In this document: positions 1 through 10,712 of the stretch, piece after piece
Numbering within the stretch: the first letter of the stretch is position 1
Layout of the letters: the number at the start of each line of letters is the position of its first letter
Source: an uncultured Bacteroidota bacterium
GTDB taxonomy: Bacteria; Bacteroidota; Ignavibacteria; UBA10030; UBA6906
Direction of reading: 5' to 3'
Assembly (NCBI GenBank): GCA_963700635.1
Contig: CAVOYH010000001.1
Coordinates: 460,681-524,680 of the forward strand
Length of the DNA stretch: 64,000 nt
The notes under the pieces: model-generated
Told to the model about the DNA's origin: nothing
The model's database searches: none
What the model saw: only the letters and a program-made list of their open reading frames with translations
Position numbers and translations under genes: made by a program

Positions 1-1
1 T

Positions 2-214
2 CACAAAGATGCAGGCGTCTATTTTGAGAGGGCTGCGGGAAAAGAGCCCACTCCAGGGACGATTGCAGAATACCTCAACAATGCTGCGCGCAATTTTGCT
101 CAGGCCGGAGAGAAGGAGCGTGCGCTCGAGATCTTACGACGTCTTCAGAAGAATCATCCCACGACGACCTACGGGCGGGAAGCGGAGCGCTTCATCTCCC
201 AGCTCTCGGTATAG
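2..214 (+). CDS. 3' end of a tetratricopeptide-repeat (TPR-like) protein, truncated by the window edge
   Basis: Frame 2 is open from base 2 to TAG at 212-214 (HKDAGVYFERAA...YLNNAARNFAQAGEKERALEILRRLQKNHPTTTYGREAERFISQLSV*), a TPR-like helix pattern. Not in the ORF track because it has no start codon in the window. Confidence 0.6.
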   Translation, partial: HKDAGVYFERAAGKEPTPGTIAEYLNNAARNFAQAGEKERALEILRRLQKNHPTTTYGREAERFISQLSV

Positions 215-256
215 CCCCGGTTAACGGGCATTAAGCGGGGATCATGGCAGGAGTGC

Positions 257-1606
257 ATGAAACTTCTACCTGAAAAAGCGCTTACCCGCTCCGTTCTGAA
301 AATCTCCACTCCGGCAGTTGCGGGGCTCTCGTTACAGATGGTTGTGACGGTGGCAGAAACTGCCATGGTCGGGCGTCTGGAGAACACAAAGGTCGCCCTT
401 GCCGCAATGGCCCTGGCTTCACTTGCCGGATGGGCGATCACCAGTGCGTTCTCAAGCCTCGCAACGGGAACCCATGTTCTTGTTGCCCGCCGCTACGGGG
501 AGCGTGACCGCCCCGGCGCAGGTAATGTGCTGAACAACTCCCTCCTCCTCTCATTCGCTGTCGGACTCCTGACCGCGCTACCTGGTTATCTCTTCTCCTA
601 TGATGTTATCAATTTTTTTGCGGCCAACCCTGAAGTTGCGATTGCCGGGACGGGCTATATGCAATGGCGGTTTATCGGGATAGGCGTCTTCCTTTTTGTC
701 GTGTCGTATCGTGGTTTTTTTAACGGCATCGGTCACACAAAAGTGTTCATGTATTCCGCGATCATCATCAGCCTCTCGAACATTATTTTCAACTATGTGT
801 TCATATTCGGGGCGTTCGGGATCCCCTCGATGGGACTCACCGGTGCGGGTCTGGCCGTGGCTCTTTCCAATGTCCTGGGATGTGCGTTCTTTCTTACTGC
901 AACTTTTCAGCCGGGATATCGAAAAACCTACAAGTACTACTCGAGGCTGCAGATCCGCATGGAAGTCCTTCGCCAGATTGTACGGATCTCGCTCCCGGTG
1001 TCATTCCAGAATATTCTGATACTGCTTGGATTTCTGGTTTTTGCAGCCATTGCGGGGTATGTCGGCACGACCGAACAGGCGGCGACGCAGGTGGTCATCA
1101 CTGCCCTGTTTATGTCATTTCTCCCCTGTTTCGGTTTCGGCATCGGCGCTCAGACACTGGTCGGGCAGAGTATGGGGAAATCCCAGTTTAAGCTTGCCCA
1201 TCAATACGGAATGGAAGCATCGCGGATCGCAACATATTTTACATTTGTGCTTGGCTGTGTGTTTATTCTGCTGCCGGACGCGGTTATCAGTGTTATTACC
1301 AATGACCCTGAAGTTGCCGCCATTGCCCGGCCGCTCCTGCAGATTGCCGGTGCAGCGCAGATGTTCTACGCGCCCGGTATCGTGCTGGCGCATGCCCTCC
1401 AGGCCGCCGGGGCGACGGTCTACGTCATGTGGGTGGAAGTGCTGACCCATTGGGTCATCTTTCTTCCCGTCTGTTATCTGCTTGGAGTCACGTATGGCGG
1501 AGGCATCCAGGGAGTATGGATGGCTCTCCCCGTCTACATTATTGCCTACAGTGCCCTCATATACATGAAGTACCGGAAGGGTACCTGGCTCCACATTAGG
1601 GTTTGA
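257..1606 (+). CDS. MATE family efflux transporter
   Basis: 449 aa with about 12 hydrophobic segments and two MATE-like halves (ETAMVGRL..., GIGAQTLVGQSMG); GGAG ribosome-binding site. Confidence 0.9.
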   Translation: MKLLPEKALTRSVLKISTPAVAGLSLQMVVTVAETAMVGRLENTKVALAAMALASLAGWAITSAFSSLATGTHVLVARRYGERDRPGAGNVLNNSLLLSFAVGLLTALPGYLFSYDVINFFAANPEVAIAGTGYMQWRFIGIGVFLFVVSYRGFFNGIGHTKVFMYSAIIISLSNIIFNYVFIFGAFGIPSMGLTGAGLAVALSNVLGCAFFLTATFQPGYRKTYKYYSRLQIRMEVLRQIVRISLPVSFQNILILLGFLVFAAIAGYVGTTEQAATQVVITALFMSFLPCFGFGIGAQTLVGQSMGKSQFKLAHQYGMEASRIATYFTFVLGCVFILLPDAVISVITNDPEVAAIARPLLQIAGAAQMFYAPGIVLAHALQAAGATVYVMWVEVLTHWVIFLPVCYLLGVTYGGGIQGVWMALPVYIIAYSALIYMKYRKGTWLHIRV

Positions 1607-3726
1607 GGATGATGAAGTTCCGGCGGTTCATTTTTCTGGGCGGGGCATTCCTGCTGCTCCTCGTAAAGTTTGCGGTTGATGTTATCCGCAAAAACGTGGA
1701 GCTGGAGGTGGGCGGCCTCATGGTCCTCCGTGAACTGAGCGCAGCCGGGGCATTCCTTCTGATCTTTCTCGCCATTCAGGCGTCTTTCTCGGACCGGAGT
1801 ATCAACCCCGTACGGCGCCTGGGAATTCTTCTGGTTCTTGTCGCCGCCTTCCTGATTTCTGCGGTGCTCCTGAATTACTTCCCGGCCAACGGTTTTGACG
1901 CAAAGGACTTTGGCCTGTTCGCGCTGGACTATGCAACGCTGTTCATGGCGTCCCTCTTTGGCCTTGTCGGAGGCACATTTGCTCTGCTGAATCTGCATTT
2001 CCTCCGGGATCTGGTCCTTGTGTCGCGAAAAAAAGGGACCCTGCGGAATTTTAGAATCTTCGTTGTCCTGTTGCTCGCCACCGCGGTCTCGTCGCTGTTT
2101 GTCCGCCCCCTGCAGTCAAGCTCTATCACCTCGGTGCTCTACGCCCTTACGATCACGATGGCAATCGTGAATGCCTTCCGGCTTCCGTGGATCGTGTATC
2201 TGACGAAGCGGGAGAAAATCCTGACGCTGATCTTTTCCTTCTTCCTTTTTGTGTTCCTCACCACGGCCAATATTCTGTTGAGTCAGAATGATCTGCTCTC
2301 ACGAGCCCTGGTGTACTACTCCCGTCCGGTTCAGGAGTTGATCTCGCTTTCGTTGTGGTTCGGGAACATCTTCAGCGGGATGGCATTTGTGAGCACGCTG
2401 TTTTACCTGCCGACCGCCGAGGCATTTGACAGGAAACGGTCAGAAGTAGCGTCGATCCATACGCTCAGCAAACTTCTGACGCAGGTTCTTGATTTTGATG
2501 AGCTTACAGAGACCGTGACAACGATGACCCTGCAGGTTGTGGAGGCACAGAGTTGCTGGCTGGAACTCCTGCCGTCACAGGAGGAGCTTCGGGAGAGCAC
2601 CGACCCGGATCGTGCTCTTACCGGGCAAACACAGATTGTTGGAGTAAAGAACATTACAAGAGCCGAGATCGAGGATCTCCTCGGATCGGGGCTGCAGTAC
2701 CTGCGTACGACAGTGTACCGCGAAGGGAAACCGGTTGTCATTGACTCGGTGGGGAAGGACCCGCGGTTCACGGAAGGCCCCGAAGGCACACCCCGGCCCG
2801 GGTCGCTCGTGATCGTGCCTCTTGCCTCACATGCCGGGCCCTTTGGATTTCTTTACGCGACAAAGGCGGCGGAGTACGGTTTTGTGAAGGATGATGTGGA
2901 ACTTATCTCCACGTTCGCCGACCAGGCGACCATCGCCATCGATAACTCCCGCCTGATCAAAAAATCAATCGAACGGGAGAGACTCGTTCGCGAGATGACA
3001 CTCGCGCAGGAAATGCAACGCAAACTCCTCCCGCAGCATGTGCCGGTTGTCCGGGGAGTGGATATTGATGCAATCTCAACACCGGCATTTGAAGTGGGAG
3101 GGGACTATTACGACTTCGTGCAGCTCTCCGATGACGTGATAGGAATTATCGTCGGGGATGTCTCGGGCAAGGGAGTTCCGGCCGCCTTCTATATGTCGGA
3201 AGTCAAAGGAATTTTCCAGTCCCTGAGCCCGCTCTATCCCTCTCCCCGGGATTTTATGGTGCGCGCAAACTCCGTCCTCACCGAATCTATTGACAAACAC
3301 TCCTTTGTTAGCTTACTTTATGGGATTATGGACATACGCACAGGACGATTTACGATCGCACGGGCGGGGCATTGCCCGTTGCTGCACGTCGGTGGATCGA
3401 CCAGTACGTACCTCCGGCCCGATGGGATGGGGCTCGGTCTCGCCAACCAGAAGCTCTTCGCAGAATCGATCGAAGAATTTACGCTGGAACTCAGTCCGGG
3501 CGACGTCTGTGTACTGTACACCGACGGGGTCACCGAGGCGCACCGGAACGGTGAAGAGTTCGGATACGAGCGCCTGCGTGCGGCATCAGGCGTTGCGGAC
3601 GGTAAATCGGCCGGACGTGTGAAGGAAGAGATTCTTCATGCTGTCGACGCCTTCATTGAACACGATGTGCCCCACGACGATATGACACTCGTGGTCGTCA
3701 GGTGGCTCGGTTCGCCGGCACAGTAA
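1603..3726 (+). CDS. Membrane-bound SpoIIE/RsbU-type PP2C phosphatase (multi-TM + GAF + PP2C)
   Basis: Hydrophobic N-terminal ~270 aa, a GAF region ending FADQATIAIDN, and PP2C motifs VGGDYYD, GDVSGKG, YTDGVTEA and HDDMT. The start may instead be ATG 1609 or 1612. Confidence 0.9.
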   Translation: MRMMKFRRFIFLGGAFLLLLVKFAVDVIRKNVELEVGGLMVLRELSAAGAFLLIFLAIQASFSDRSINPVRRLGILLVLVAAFLISAVLLNYFPANGFDAKDFGLFALDYATLFMASLFGLVGGTFALLNLHFLRDLVLVSRKKGTLRNFRIFVVLLLATAVSSLFVRPLQSSSITSVLYALTITMAIVNAFRLPWIVYLTKREKILTLIFSFFLFVFLTTANILLSQNDLLSRALVYYSRPVQELISLSLWFGNIFSGMAFVSTLFYLPTAEAFDRKRSEVASIHTLSKLLTQVLDFDELTETVTTMTLQVVEAQSCWLELLPSQEELRESTDPDRALTGQTQIVGVKNITRAEIEDLLGSGLQYLRTTVYREGKPVVIDSVGKDPRFTEGPEGTPRPGSLVIVPLASHAGPFGFLYATKAAEYGFVKDDVELISTFADQATIAIDNSRLIKKSIERERLVREMTLAQEMQRKLLPQHVPVVRGVDIDAISTPAFEVGGDYYDFVQLSDDVIGIIVGDVSGKGVPAAFYMSEVKGIFQSLSPLYPSPRDFMVRANSVLTESIDKHSFVSLLYGIMDIRTGRFTIARAGHCPLLHVGGSTSTYLRPDGMGLGLANQKLFAESIEEFTLELSPGDVCVLYTDGVTEAHRNGEEFGYERLRAASGVADGKSAGRVKEEILHAVDAFIEHDVPHDDMTLVVVRWLGSPAQ

Positions 3727-3759
3727 TGAATTGTGGCCTGTTAATGGAAGGAAGAAGGT

Positions 3760-4122
3760 ATGAGTGAGTTCACGATAGCGCAGAGAGAGCGCGAGAGCAT
3801 CCAGGTCCTTGAGCTCAAAGGATATCTGGATGCACACACCGCGCCAAAACTCGAAGAGGTGTTTCAGTCTCTTCTAAAATCTGAACGCTATAATATCATC
3901 ATCAACTGCAAAGATCTCTCGTATATCAGCAGTGCAGGCCTGGGCGTGTTCATGGCGTACATCGAGGATGTACGGAAGAACAAGGGCGACATCAAACTTT
4001 CCAATATGTCGGCCAAGGTCTACAATGTGTTCGATCTCCTTGGATTCCCCCTGCTGTACGAGATCACAAAGGATGAACAGGAAGCCTTCAGTAAGTTTGC
4101 CGGACCACGACTCGAGCCGTGA
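3760..4122 (+). CDS. STAS-domain anti-anti-sigma factor (RsbV/SpoIIAA-like)
   Basis: GYLDAHTAPKL and LSYISSAGLGVF (phosphoacceptor Ser motif). Confidence 0.92.
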   Translation: MSEFTIAQRERESIQVLELKGYLDAHTAPKLEEVFQSLLKSERYNIIINCKDLSYISSAGLGVFMAYIEDVRKNKGDIKLSNMSAKVYNVFDLLGFPLLYEITKDEQEAFSKFAGPRLEP

Positions 4123-4538
4123 ACCCCCGTACTCTTCATATTGAAAGTCGGACGGAACGACTGATCGCCGTACGGGAATTTGTCTCGGACGAGGCGCGCG
4201 AATTCGGATTCACGGATGAGGACGTGAGCAAAATCGCGCTGGCGGTGGACGAGGCATGCACGAATATCATCAAACACGCCTACCGCTTTGATCCCAATCG
4301 GGATATTACGGTTACGGTCAAAAGTAAGAACGGGGCATTTGAGATCACCATACACGATTCCGGCGCGGGCTTCGACCCGTCGCGGCTTCAAGCGCCGGAT
4401 ATGAAGGACTATTTCTCGAACTATCGAAAAGGCGGACTGGGCGTCTATCTCATGAAACGGCTCATGGACAAAGTGGAATATGAGATTAAGCCGGGCAAAC
4501 GGAACGAAGTACGCCTGACCAAATACCTCTCCCGCTGA
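4119..4538 (+). CDS. Anti-sigma factor Ser/Thr kinase (RsbW-like HATPase_c)
   Basis: LAVDEACTNIIKHAY, DSGAGFDP and GGLGVYLMKRLMDKV; GTGA overlap with the STAS gene. Confidence 0.92.
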   Translation: MNPRTLHIESRTERLIAVREFVSDEAREFGFTDEDVSKIALAVDEACTNIIKHAYRFDPNRDITVTVKSKNGAFEITIHDSGAGFDPSRLQAPDMKDYFSNYRKGGLGVYLMKRLMDKVEYEIKPGKRNEVRLTKYLSR

Positions 4539-4539
4539 G

Positions 4540-6264
4540 ATGAGACGACCCCCGCCATCCTACGAAAGCCACTTCGAACACGCCGCCCTGTTTGAATTCA
4601 GCACACTGATTAACGGTTCACTGGACCTCCGCTTTATCCTCGGCCATATCCTCCTTACACTCATGGGCAAACTGCTCTCCTCAAGGGGAATGGTTCTGCT
4701 CGCAGATGCTGAAGGAAAGTACCACGTCGAGATGACCAAGGGCATGTCTCCCGATCTGAAAGGACATACCCTGAAAATCTCTTCCCTGCCGGCCACGATC
4801 CAATACGCCGATCGTGTGCACGCCGGACGGGCACCCTGGGTGAAGTTTCTCCGGGAACAGGACCTGCATGTCCTGATCCCGCTTACGAGCTCAAAGAGGG
4901 CGATCGGTATGCTCGTCTTCGGCAAACGGCTTAACCGGAAGCCGCTGAAGAAACGGGAAGAGACGTACCTGCTCTCTCTGGCAAGTATCGCTTCCACCGC
5001 GATCGAAAAATGCCACAAGATCGAAGAACTCGGGTTGGTCAACCGGAAACTCGACCGGAAGATACAGGAATTGAATACACTGTTCGAGCTGGGCAAGGAA
5101 TTTGGACTGGTCCTCGATCCCGATAAACTTGTGCGCCTGCTGGCGCTTTCCCTCATGGGACAGGTGGGGGTAAACCGGTATTTGATTTGCGTGAAGGAGG
5201 GAGGTTCCATGCGGATAGCTGCTTCGCGACTGGATGGGCCGCTGCCACAACCGGAACTTCTGACGGGTCTTGCGCGAATCAAGGCGGGGATACGGATCGA
5301 GGATATCGTGGTCACAGGCGCCTCTGATCCGCGGCCCGTCCTCGGCGCACTCGATCTCAAGGTTATCGTCCCCATGGAACTGCAGGGGCAAACCAAGGGG
5401 ATCCTTCTGCTCGGCGACAAACTGAATCGTGATCCATTTGCAAAAGAGGATTTTGAATTCCTCTCTGCATTGTCAAGTCTGGCCATGATCGCCCTGGAAA
5501 ACGGAAGGTTGTTTCAGGAGGCGATCGAAAAGCAACGAATGGAAGATGAGCTGGTTATTGCCCGGGAAATCCAGAAAGGTCTGCTGCCGAGTGTGCTTCC
5601 TGCTGTCCCCGGAGTGGAGATCGGAGCCGCGAATTTTTCCTCGAAGCAGGTGGGTGGGGATTATTACGATGCCATACAGCTGGACGACCACCGGCTCATC
5701 CTGGCGATCGGTGACGTTTCCGGAAAGGGCACGCCGGCTTCACTGTTGATGGCCAATATTCAGGCAACCATACGGGCTCTTGTCCCGTTAAACCTGCCTC
5801 TGGGTGAATTAACTGCCCGTGTGAACGATCTGATGTGCATGAATACCGGCGACAGCCGTTTTGTGACGTTTTTCTGGGGATGCCTGGATTTTCACACGCG
5901 CCGCTTCACGTACGTCAATGCCGGGCATAATCATCCTTTCGTCATGCGGGCAGACGGGACGGTGGAGCGCCTGGACAAGGGGGGGATGATCCTGGGTGTT
6001 ATGGAGACCATCATTCCCTATGAAGAGGGATCGGTGGACTTGTGCACGGGGGATCTGCTCGTGCTCTTTACAGATGGTGTGAGCGAGGCAATGAATATCC
6101 GGAGCGAAGAGTATGGCGAAGATCGGCTGGAGACGGTGATCCGGAAGGCGGGGGGGTGGGGTGCTCAAGGCCTTATCGATATCATTCATCAGGATATCAC
6201 CGCCCATGCAGAAGGTGCTCCGCAGTCCGATGATATCACGATGATGGTGATCCGAATGGTGTAA
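4540..6264 (+). CDS. Soluble GAF-GAF-PP2C phosphatase (RsbU-like)
   Basis: Two GAF-like repeats followed by VGGDYYD, GDVSGKG, NAGHN, FTDGVSEA and QSDDIT. Confidence 0.9.
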   Translation: MRRPPPSYESHFEHAALFEFSTLINGSLDLRFILGHILLTLMGKLLSSRGMVLLADAEGKYHVEMTKGMSPDLKGHTLKISSLPATIQYADRVHAGRAPWVKFLREQDLHVLIPLTSSKRAIGMLVFGKRLNRKPLKKREETYLLSLASIASTAIEKCHKIEELGLVNRKLDRKIQELNTLFELGKEFGLVLDPDKLVRLLALSLMGQVGVNRYLICVKEGGSMRIAASRLDGPLPQPELLTGLARIKAGIRIEDIVVTGASDPRPVLGALDLKVIVPMELQGQTKGILLLGDKLNRDPFAKEDFEFLSALSSLAMIALENGRLFQEAIEKQRMEDELVIAREIQKGLLPSVLPAVPGVEIGAANFSSKQVGGDYYDAIQLDDHRLILAIGDVSGKGTPASLLMANIQATIRALVPLNLPLGELTARVNDLMCMNTGDSRFVTFFWGCLDFHTRRFTYVNAGHNHPFVMRADGTVERLDKGGMILGVMETIIPYEEGSVDLCTGDLLVLFTDGVSEAMNIRSEEYGEDRLETVIRKAGGWGAQGLIDIIHQDITAHAEGAPQSDDITMMVIRMV

Positions 6265-6303
6265 CCCCGTTCTGCGGCGCCGGAGTGCAGCACTCCGGTT
6301 GCC

Positions 6304-6332
6304 TTGATTGTTGCCCCGACTTTCCTTAGCTT
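6304..6332 (+). promoter_or_regulatory. Putative sigma70 promoter for the recombinase-like gene and leuS
   Basis: TTGATT-N17-TAGCTT, preceded by the hairpin CCGGAGTG-CAG-CACTCCGG at 6280-6298. Confidence 0.45.
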
Positions 6333-6364
6333 CTGTTATTGCAAACCCCCGGTTGATCACTCAC

Positions 6365-7333
6365 ATGCCCGACCCCATACTCCGACAGGTCCGTCTCTCT
6401 TCCAGGGCGCTATCCCGGCATTTTCAGGGCTTTGTGAGGAGTTTGCGTGGTTCGTCCCCCGAAACAAAAGGGACGTATGTGCGTGCCCTGCGGGAGTTTG
6501 TCCGATGGTACCCGCGCGACGGGACGTTCCGGTTCCGGGTAACGGACGTCCGGCGATACAAACGGCATCTCGAAACCCGCAAACGCCTCGCTGCCGTGAG
6601 CGTTTCCACCTATCTGACGGCATTCCGGCGCTTCTGTGACTATCTGGTACGCTCCGGCGTCCTGAAAGAAAACCCCGGCCAGTACGTCAGCGGAAACAGC
6701 CGGCCTGTTGTCCATTCGCGGGAGTATCTTTCGCCCGGGGATGTTGCTGCACTCCTTGCCGCCGTTCCGGCGGAGGATCTGAGGGGAACGCGGGACCATG
6801 CCATGATCCTCCTGATGCTCCGCTCTGCTTTGTCCGAGATAGAATTGATCCGGGCAGACGTTGGCGATCTTGAAGTGGATGGAAACAGATGCTGGATGAT
6901 GGTTCAGGGGAAGGGCCGTACGGCAAAAGACGAACGTGTGTTGATATCCCCCGAGGTCATGACGGCCATCAAACGGTATCTTTCCCTCCGGGGATCCGTG
7001 AGCCCGGCAGAACCCCTTTTCGCCAGTGCCGGGAACCGCACCCGGGGAAAACGGATGACGACGCGCGGCATACGCGATCGGATCAACGCGAACCTTTCGG
7101 CAGCGGGCGTCAAAAAAGGGAAGACCCGCCGGATAACCCCGTACTCCCTGCGCCACACCGCTGCGCTTATGATGGCTCGCAGCGGCGCCACGGCGGATGA
7201 AATCCGCCGGCGGATGAGGCTCGGAAGTAATAGAACAGCCGAATTGTACCTGCAGTATGAAGACTCGCAGGGTACACAACACCCCACCACGACAAAGGAA
7301 CAGCACGGTGCCCTACCCGTTCACTACGATTGA
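6365..7333 (+). CDS. XerC/D-like tyrosine recombinase-family protein with degenerate catalytic residues
   Basis: SAM-like N-domain ([31 protein letters not shown]), RDHAM, VQGKG and PYSLRHT...ELY. Probable start ATG 6365. Confidence 0.85.
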   Translation: MPDPILRQVRLSSRALSRHFQGFVRSLRGSSPETKGTYVRALREFVRWYPRDGTFRFRVTDVRRYKRHLETRKRLAAVSVSTYLTAFRRFCDYLVRSGVLKENPGQYVSGNSRPVVHSREYLSPGDVAALLAAVPAEDLRGTRDHAMILLMLRSALSEIELIRADVGDLEVDGNRCWMMVQGKGRTAKDERVLISPEVMTAIKRYLSLRGSVSPAEPLFASAGNRTRGKRMTTRGIRDRINANLSAAGVKKGKTRRITPYSLRHTAALMMARSGATADEIRRRMRLGSNRTAELYLQYEDSQGTQHPTTTKEQHGALPVHYD

Positions 7334-9887
7334 AGCAAAGTGGCAGAAATACTGGGAACATCACCAAACGTTTCGAACGGAACCGCTGTCGACGAAACCC
7401 AAACTCTTTATCCTGGATATGTATCCGTATCCATCCGGCGCAGGTTTGCATGTGGGACACCCGGAAGGATACACGGCAACGGACATCTTTGCACGCTACA
7501 AACGTATGCGCGGATTTCATGTGCTGCATCCGATGGGATGGGATGCCTTCGGCCTTCCCGCCGAACGGTATGCAATGCAGACGAACATTCATCCGAAGAG
7601 TACGACCGAGCAGAATATTGCAACGTTCCGCCGCCAGATCAAGATGCTCGGACTGAGTTATGACTGGGAACGCGAGGTGGATACCACCGATCCGGGATAT
7701 TACCGGTGGACACAGTGGATCTTCCTTCAAATCTTCAACTCCTGGTATGATCCCCGGCGGAACAAGGCGCGGCCGATCGAGACGCTGGCAGAAGAGCTTT
7801 CTCAACACGGCTCCGCGGTGCTGCCCGATGAACCGCCCTTCACGGCGGCAGAGTGGAATAGGATGTCGTCCAAGGAACACCATGATCTCCTTGCACACTA
7901 CCGGCTCGCTTACGTCGCAGAAATCCCCGTAAACTGGTGTGAGGGATTGGGGACCGTACTGGCAAACGAGGAAGTGGACGAATGGGTGGAAAAGGGGTAT
8001 TCCGTCGAACGGCGCCCCATGAAACAATGGATGATGCGCATTACGGCTTATGCCGAACGTTTGCTGGAGGATGCGGGTGAACTTGACTGGCCGTCCTCGA
8101 CACTGGACCAGCAACGGAACTGGATCGGACGGTCGGACGGCGCGGAAATTGATTTTCCACTGGCCCGCGGAGCCGGACGGCTGCGCGTCTTCACCACCCG
8201 TCCCGACACAATCTTCGGGGCAACCTACATGGTTCTCGCTCCCGAGCATCCGCTCGTGGATCAACTGACACTACCGGCACAACGAAGTGCCGTGGGGGAA
8301 TACCGGGAGGTCGCCCGGCGAAAAAGCGAGCGCGACCGCGACATCGAACAGGATAAATCCGGAGTGGCCACCGGGGGCACCGTCGTCAATCCCGCCACGG
8401 GAGCGGAAGTCCCTGTCTGGATTGCCGACTATGTGCTTATGGGGTATGGCACCGGAGCGATCATGGCGGTTCCGGGGCATGACGAACGAGACTATACATT
8501 TGCACGAAAATACGGTCTCCCGGTTGTCGAAGTAGTCCGTGGTGGCGATCTCAAGCACGAAGCGTACACCGGCGAAGGCACAGGGGTGAACTCGGCCAAT
8601 GCGGAAGTCTCCTTGAATGGCCTGCCAACGCCCGAAGCCAAGTCCCGCATTATTGCCTGGCTCGTCGAAACAGGGTACGGCAGGGGAGTCGTACAGTACA
8701 AGCTGCGCGACTGGCTCTTTTCACGGCAGCGCTACTGGGGGGAACCGATCCCGATTATCCATCTCGAAGACGGGACCATGAAGAGCCTTCCGGAGAGCGA
8801 TTTGCCCCTGTTGCTGCCCGATCTGAAGAAGTTTCAACCAAGCGGCACGACGGAATCACCCCTGGCGCTCGCTACGGAATGGGTGAACGTCACCGATGCC
8901 GCAACCGGACTTCGCGGGCGCCGCGAGACCAATACCATGCCTCAGTGGGCGGGATCCTGCTGGTACTATCTGCGCTTCATCGATCCCCGGAACGACAGGG
9001 TGTTCTGTGATCCCGAGCTTGAACGATACTGGATGCCGGTAGACCTTTACGTTGGCGGATCCGAGCATGCGGTGCTTCACCTGATGTACGCCAGGTTCTG
9101 GCATAAAGTGCTGCATGATCTGGGACATGTCAGCACGAAGGAACCGTTTGTAAAACTCCGGCATCAGGGGATCATCCTGGGTGAAGATGGCCGCAAGATG
9201 TCCAAATCCCGCGGTAACGTGGTGAATCCGGATGATGTGGTGTCGCAGTATGGCGCCGATGCCATGCGGCTCTTCGAAATGTTCATGGGTCCCCTGGAAG
9301 AAATGAAACCGTGGAGCACGCGCGGCGTGGAGGGCGTCTACAGGTTCCTCAATCGCGTCTGGCGTCTTTATCTCGACGAGGCCGGAAATCTTGATCCCCG
9401 CCTGTCAACCGCCCCACCATCGGCGGATCTGGAGCGGGTGTACCATGTCACGGTCAAGAAGGTGGGGGATGACATCGAGGGACTCCGCTTTAATACCGCA
9501 ATCTCCCAGTTGATGATTTTCGTCAATGAAGTGATGAAGACAGACGAACGTCCGCGTGTTCTGCTTGAACCTTTTGTGCTCCTGCTCGCCCCCCTTGCTC
9601 CCCACCTGGCAGAGGAGCTCTGGTCCGCCCTCGGCCATGAACACAGTCTGATGCACGAGCCGTGGCCGGTATTCGACGCGGCAAAAATTGCGAGCGAGAC
9701 CGTCGAAGTTGTTCTCCAGGTGAACGGGAAGATCCGCTCGAAAATGACCGCACCGACGGACGCTGCGGAAGCGGACCTCCAGCGGGATGCGCTTGCCGAC
9801 GAGAACATACAGCGGCACGTCCAGGGCAAACAGGTGATCAAAACGATTGTCGTAAAGAACAAACTCGTCAATATTGTGGTACGGTAA
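7308..9887 (+). CDS. leuS: Leucine--tRNA ligase
   Basis: [14 protein letters not shown] (HIGH motif), FTTRPDT editing domain, [11 protein letters not shown] start at 7308 after AAGGAA. Confidence 0.97.
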   Translation: MPYPFTTIEAKWQKYWEHHQTFRTEPLSTKPKLFILDMYPYPSGAGLHVGHPEGYTATDIFARYKRMRGFHVLHPMGWDAFGLPAERYAMQTNIHPKSTTEQNIATFRRQIKMLGLSYDWEREVDTTDPGYYRWTQWIFLQIFNSWYDPRRNKARPIETLAEELSQHGSAVLPDEPPFTAAEWNRMSSKEHHDLLAHYRLAYVAEIPVNWCEGLGTVLANEEVDEWVEKGYSVERRPMKQWMMRITAYAERLLEDAGELDWPSSTLDQQRNWIGRSDGAEIDFPLARGAGRLRVFTTRPDTIFGATYMVLAPEHPLVDQLTLPAQRSAVGEYREVARRKSERDRDIEQDKSGVATGGTVVNPATGAEVPVWIADYVLMGYGTGAIMAVPGHDERDYTFARKYGLPVVEVVRGGDLKHEAYTGEGTGVNSANAEVSLNGLPTPEAKSRIIAWLVETGYGRGVVQYKLRDWLFSRQRYWGEPIPIIHLEDGTMKSLPESDLPLLLPDLKKFQPSGTTESPLALATEWVNVTDAATGLRGRRETNTMPQWAGSCWYYLRFIDPRNDRVFCDPELERYWMPVDLYVGGSEHAVLHLMYARFWHKVLHDLGHVSTKEPFVKLRHQGIILGEDGRKMSKSRGNVVNPDDVVSQYGADAMRLFEMFMGPLEEMKPWSTRGVEGVYRFLNRVWRLYLDEAGNLDPRLSTAPPSADLERVYHVTVKKVGDDIEGLRFNTAISQLMIFVNEVMKTDERPRVLLEPFVLLLAPLAPHLAEELWSALGHEHSLMHEPWPVFDAAKIASETVEVVLQVNGKIRSKMTAPTDAAEADLQRDALADENIQRHVQGKQVIKTIVVKNKLVNIVVR

Positions 9888-9890
9888 CCT

Positions 9891-10712
9891 ATGGATCGAC
9901 TCTCCGTTGTCCTCGTGACCTACAACGAGGAAAAGAATATCGATCGGTGTCTCGGCAGTATGCGCTGGGCCGACGAGATTGTCGTGGTGGATTCGTTCAG
10001 TACTGACCGGACGGTCGAGCGTGTCCGGGTCTATACCGACAAAGTGTTCCAGCACGAGTATCCCGGCACCAGCAAGCAGGTCGAACGGGGCATCGGGTAT
10101 GCAACCGGAGACTGGATTTTCGTCATTGACGCTGACGAAGAAATATCGCCGGAATTGAAGGCAGAAGTGCAGCAGGTGCTGCGCGATGGATCGGACAAGG
10201 ACGGTTTTACATTTATCCGGAAACCGAAGGCCTTTGGACGGTGGATCGAACACGGAGGATGGTTCCCGGATTTTCAGTTCAGGTTTTTTCGCCGGGAACG
10301 GTACTACCCGGAGCATCAGGAAATCCATGGCGGCTTTAACACCAGAGGATCCAAAGGAGCCCTGCAGGGTTACCTCTACCATCATACCTATGAGACCATC
10401 TACGCCTATGTGGAGAAGATGAACGATTACACCTCTCTCCACGTCTCGAACAAGTTGAAAGATACACCTGTAAAAGACGTCCGCTGGCGACACCTGATTC
10501 TAAACCCCCTCTCCCATTTTCTTCGTATGTATTTTTCACGCAAGGGGTACAAGGATGGATTTCACGGTTTTGTGCTGGCGCTGCTCGATGCGAATTATGC
10601 CATGTTGATGTATGCAAAACTCTGGGAATACAGAATGCGGCAGGAAGAAGGTGAGGGGCATCTTCCACCGATCACGAACGCGGAGCTGAACGTTTTGAAG
10701 AGACGCACATGA
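9891..10712 (+). CDS. GT2 glycosyltransferase (KdtX/WaaE-like, LPS core)
   Basis: VTYNEE, DSFSTDRT, DADE (DXD) and KGYKDGFHGF. Confidence 0.88.
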   Translation: MDRLSVVLVTYNEEKNIDRCLGSMRWADEIVVVDSFSTDRTVERVRVYTDKVFQHEYPGTSKQVERGIGYATGDWIFVIDADEEISPELKAEVQQVLRDGSDKDGFTFIRKPKAFGRWIEHGGWFPDFQFRFFRRERYYPEHQEIHGGFNTRGSKGALQGYLYHHTYETIYAYVEKMNDYTSLHVSNKLKDTPVKDVRWRHLILNPLSHFLRMYFSRKGYKDGFHGFVLALLDANYAMLMYAKLWEYRMRQEEGEGHLPPITNAELNVLKRRT

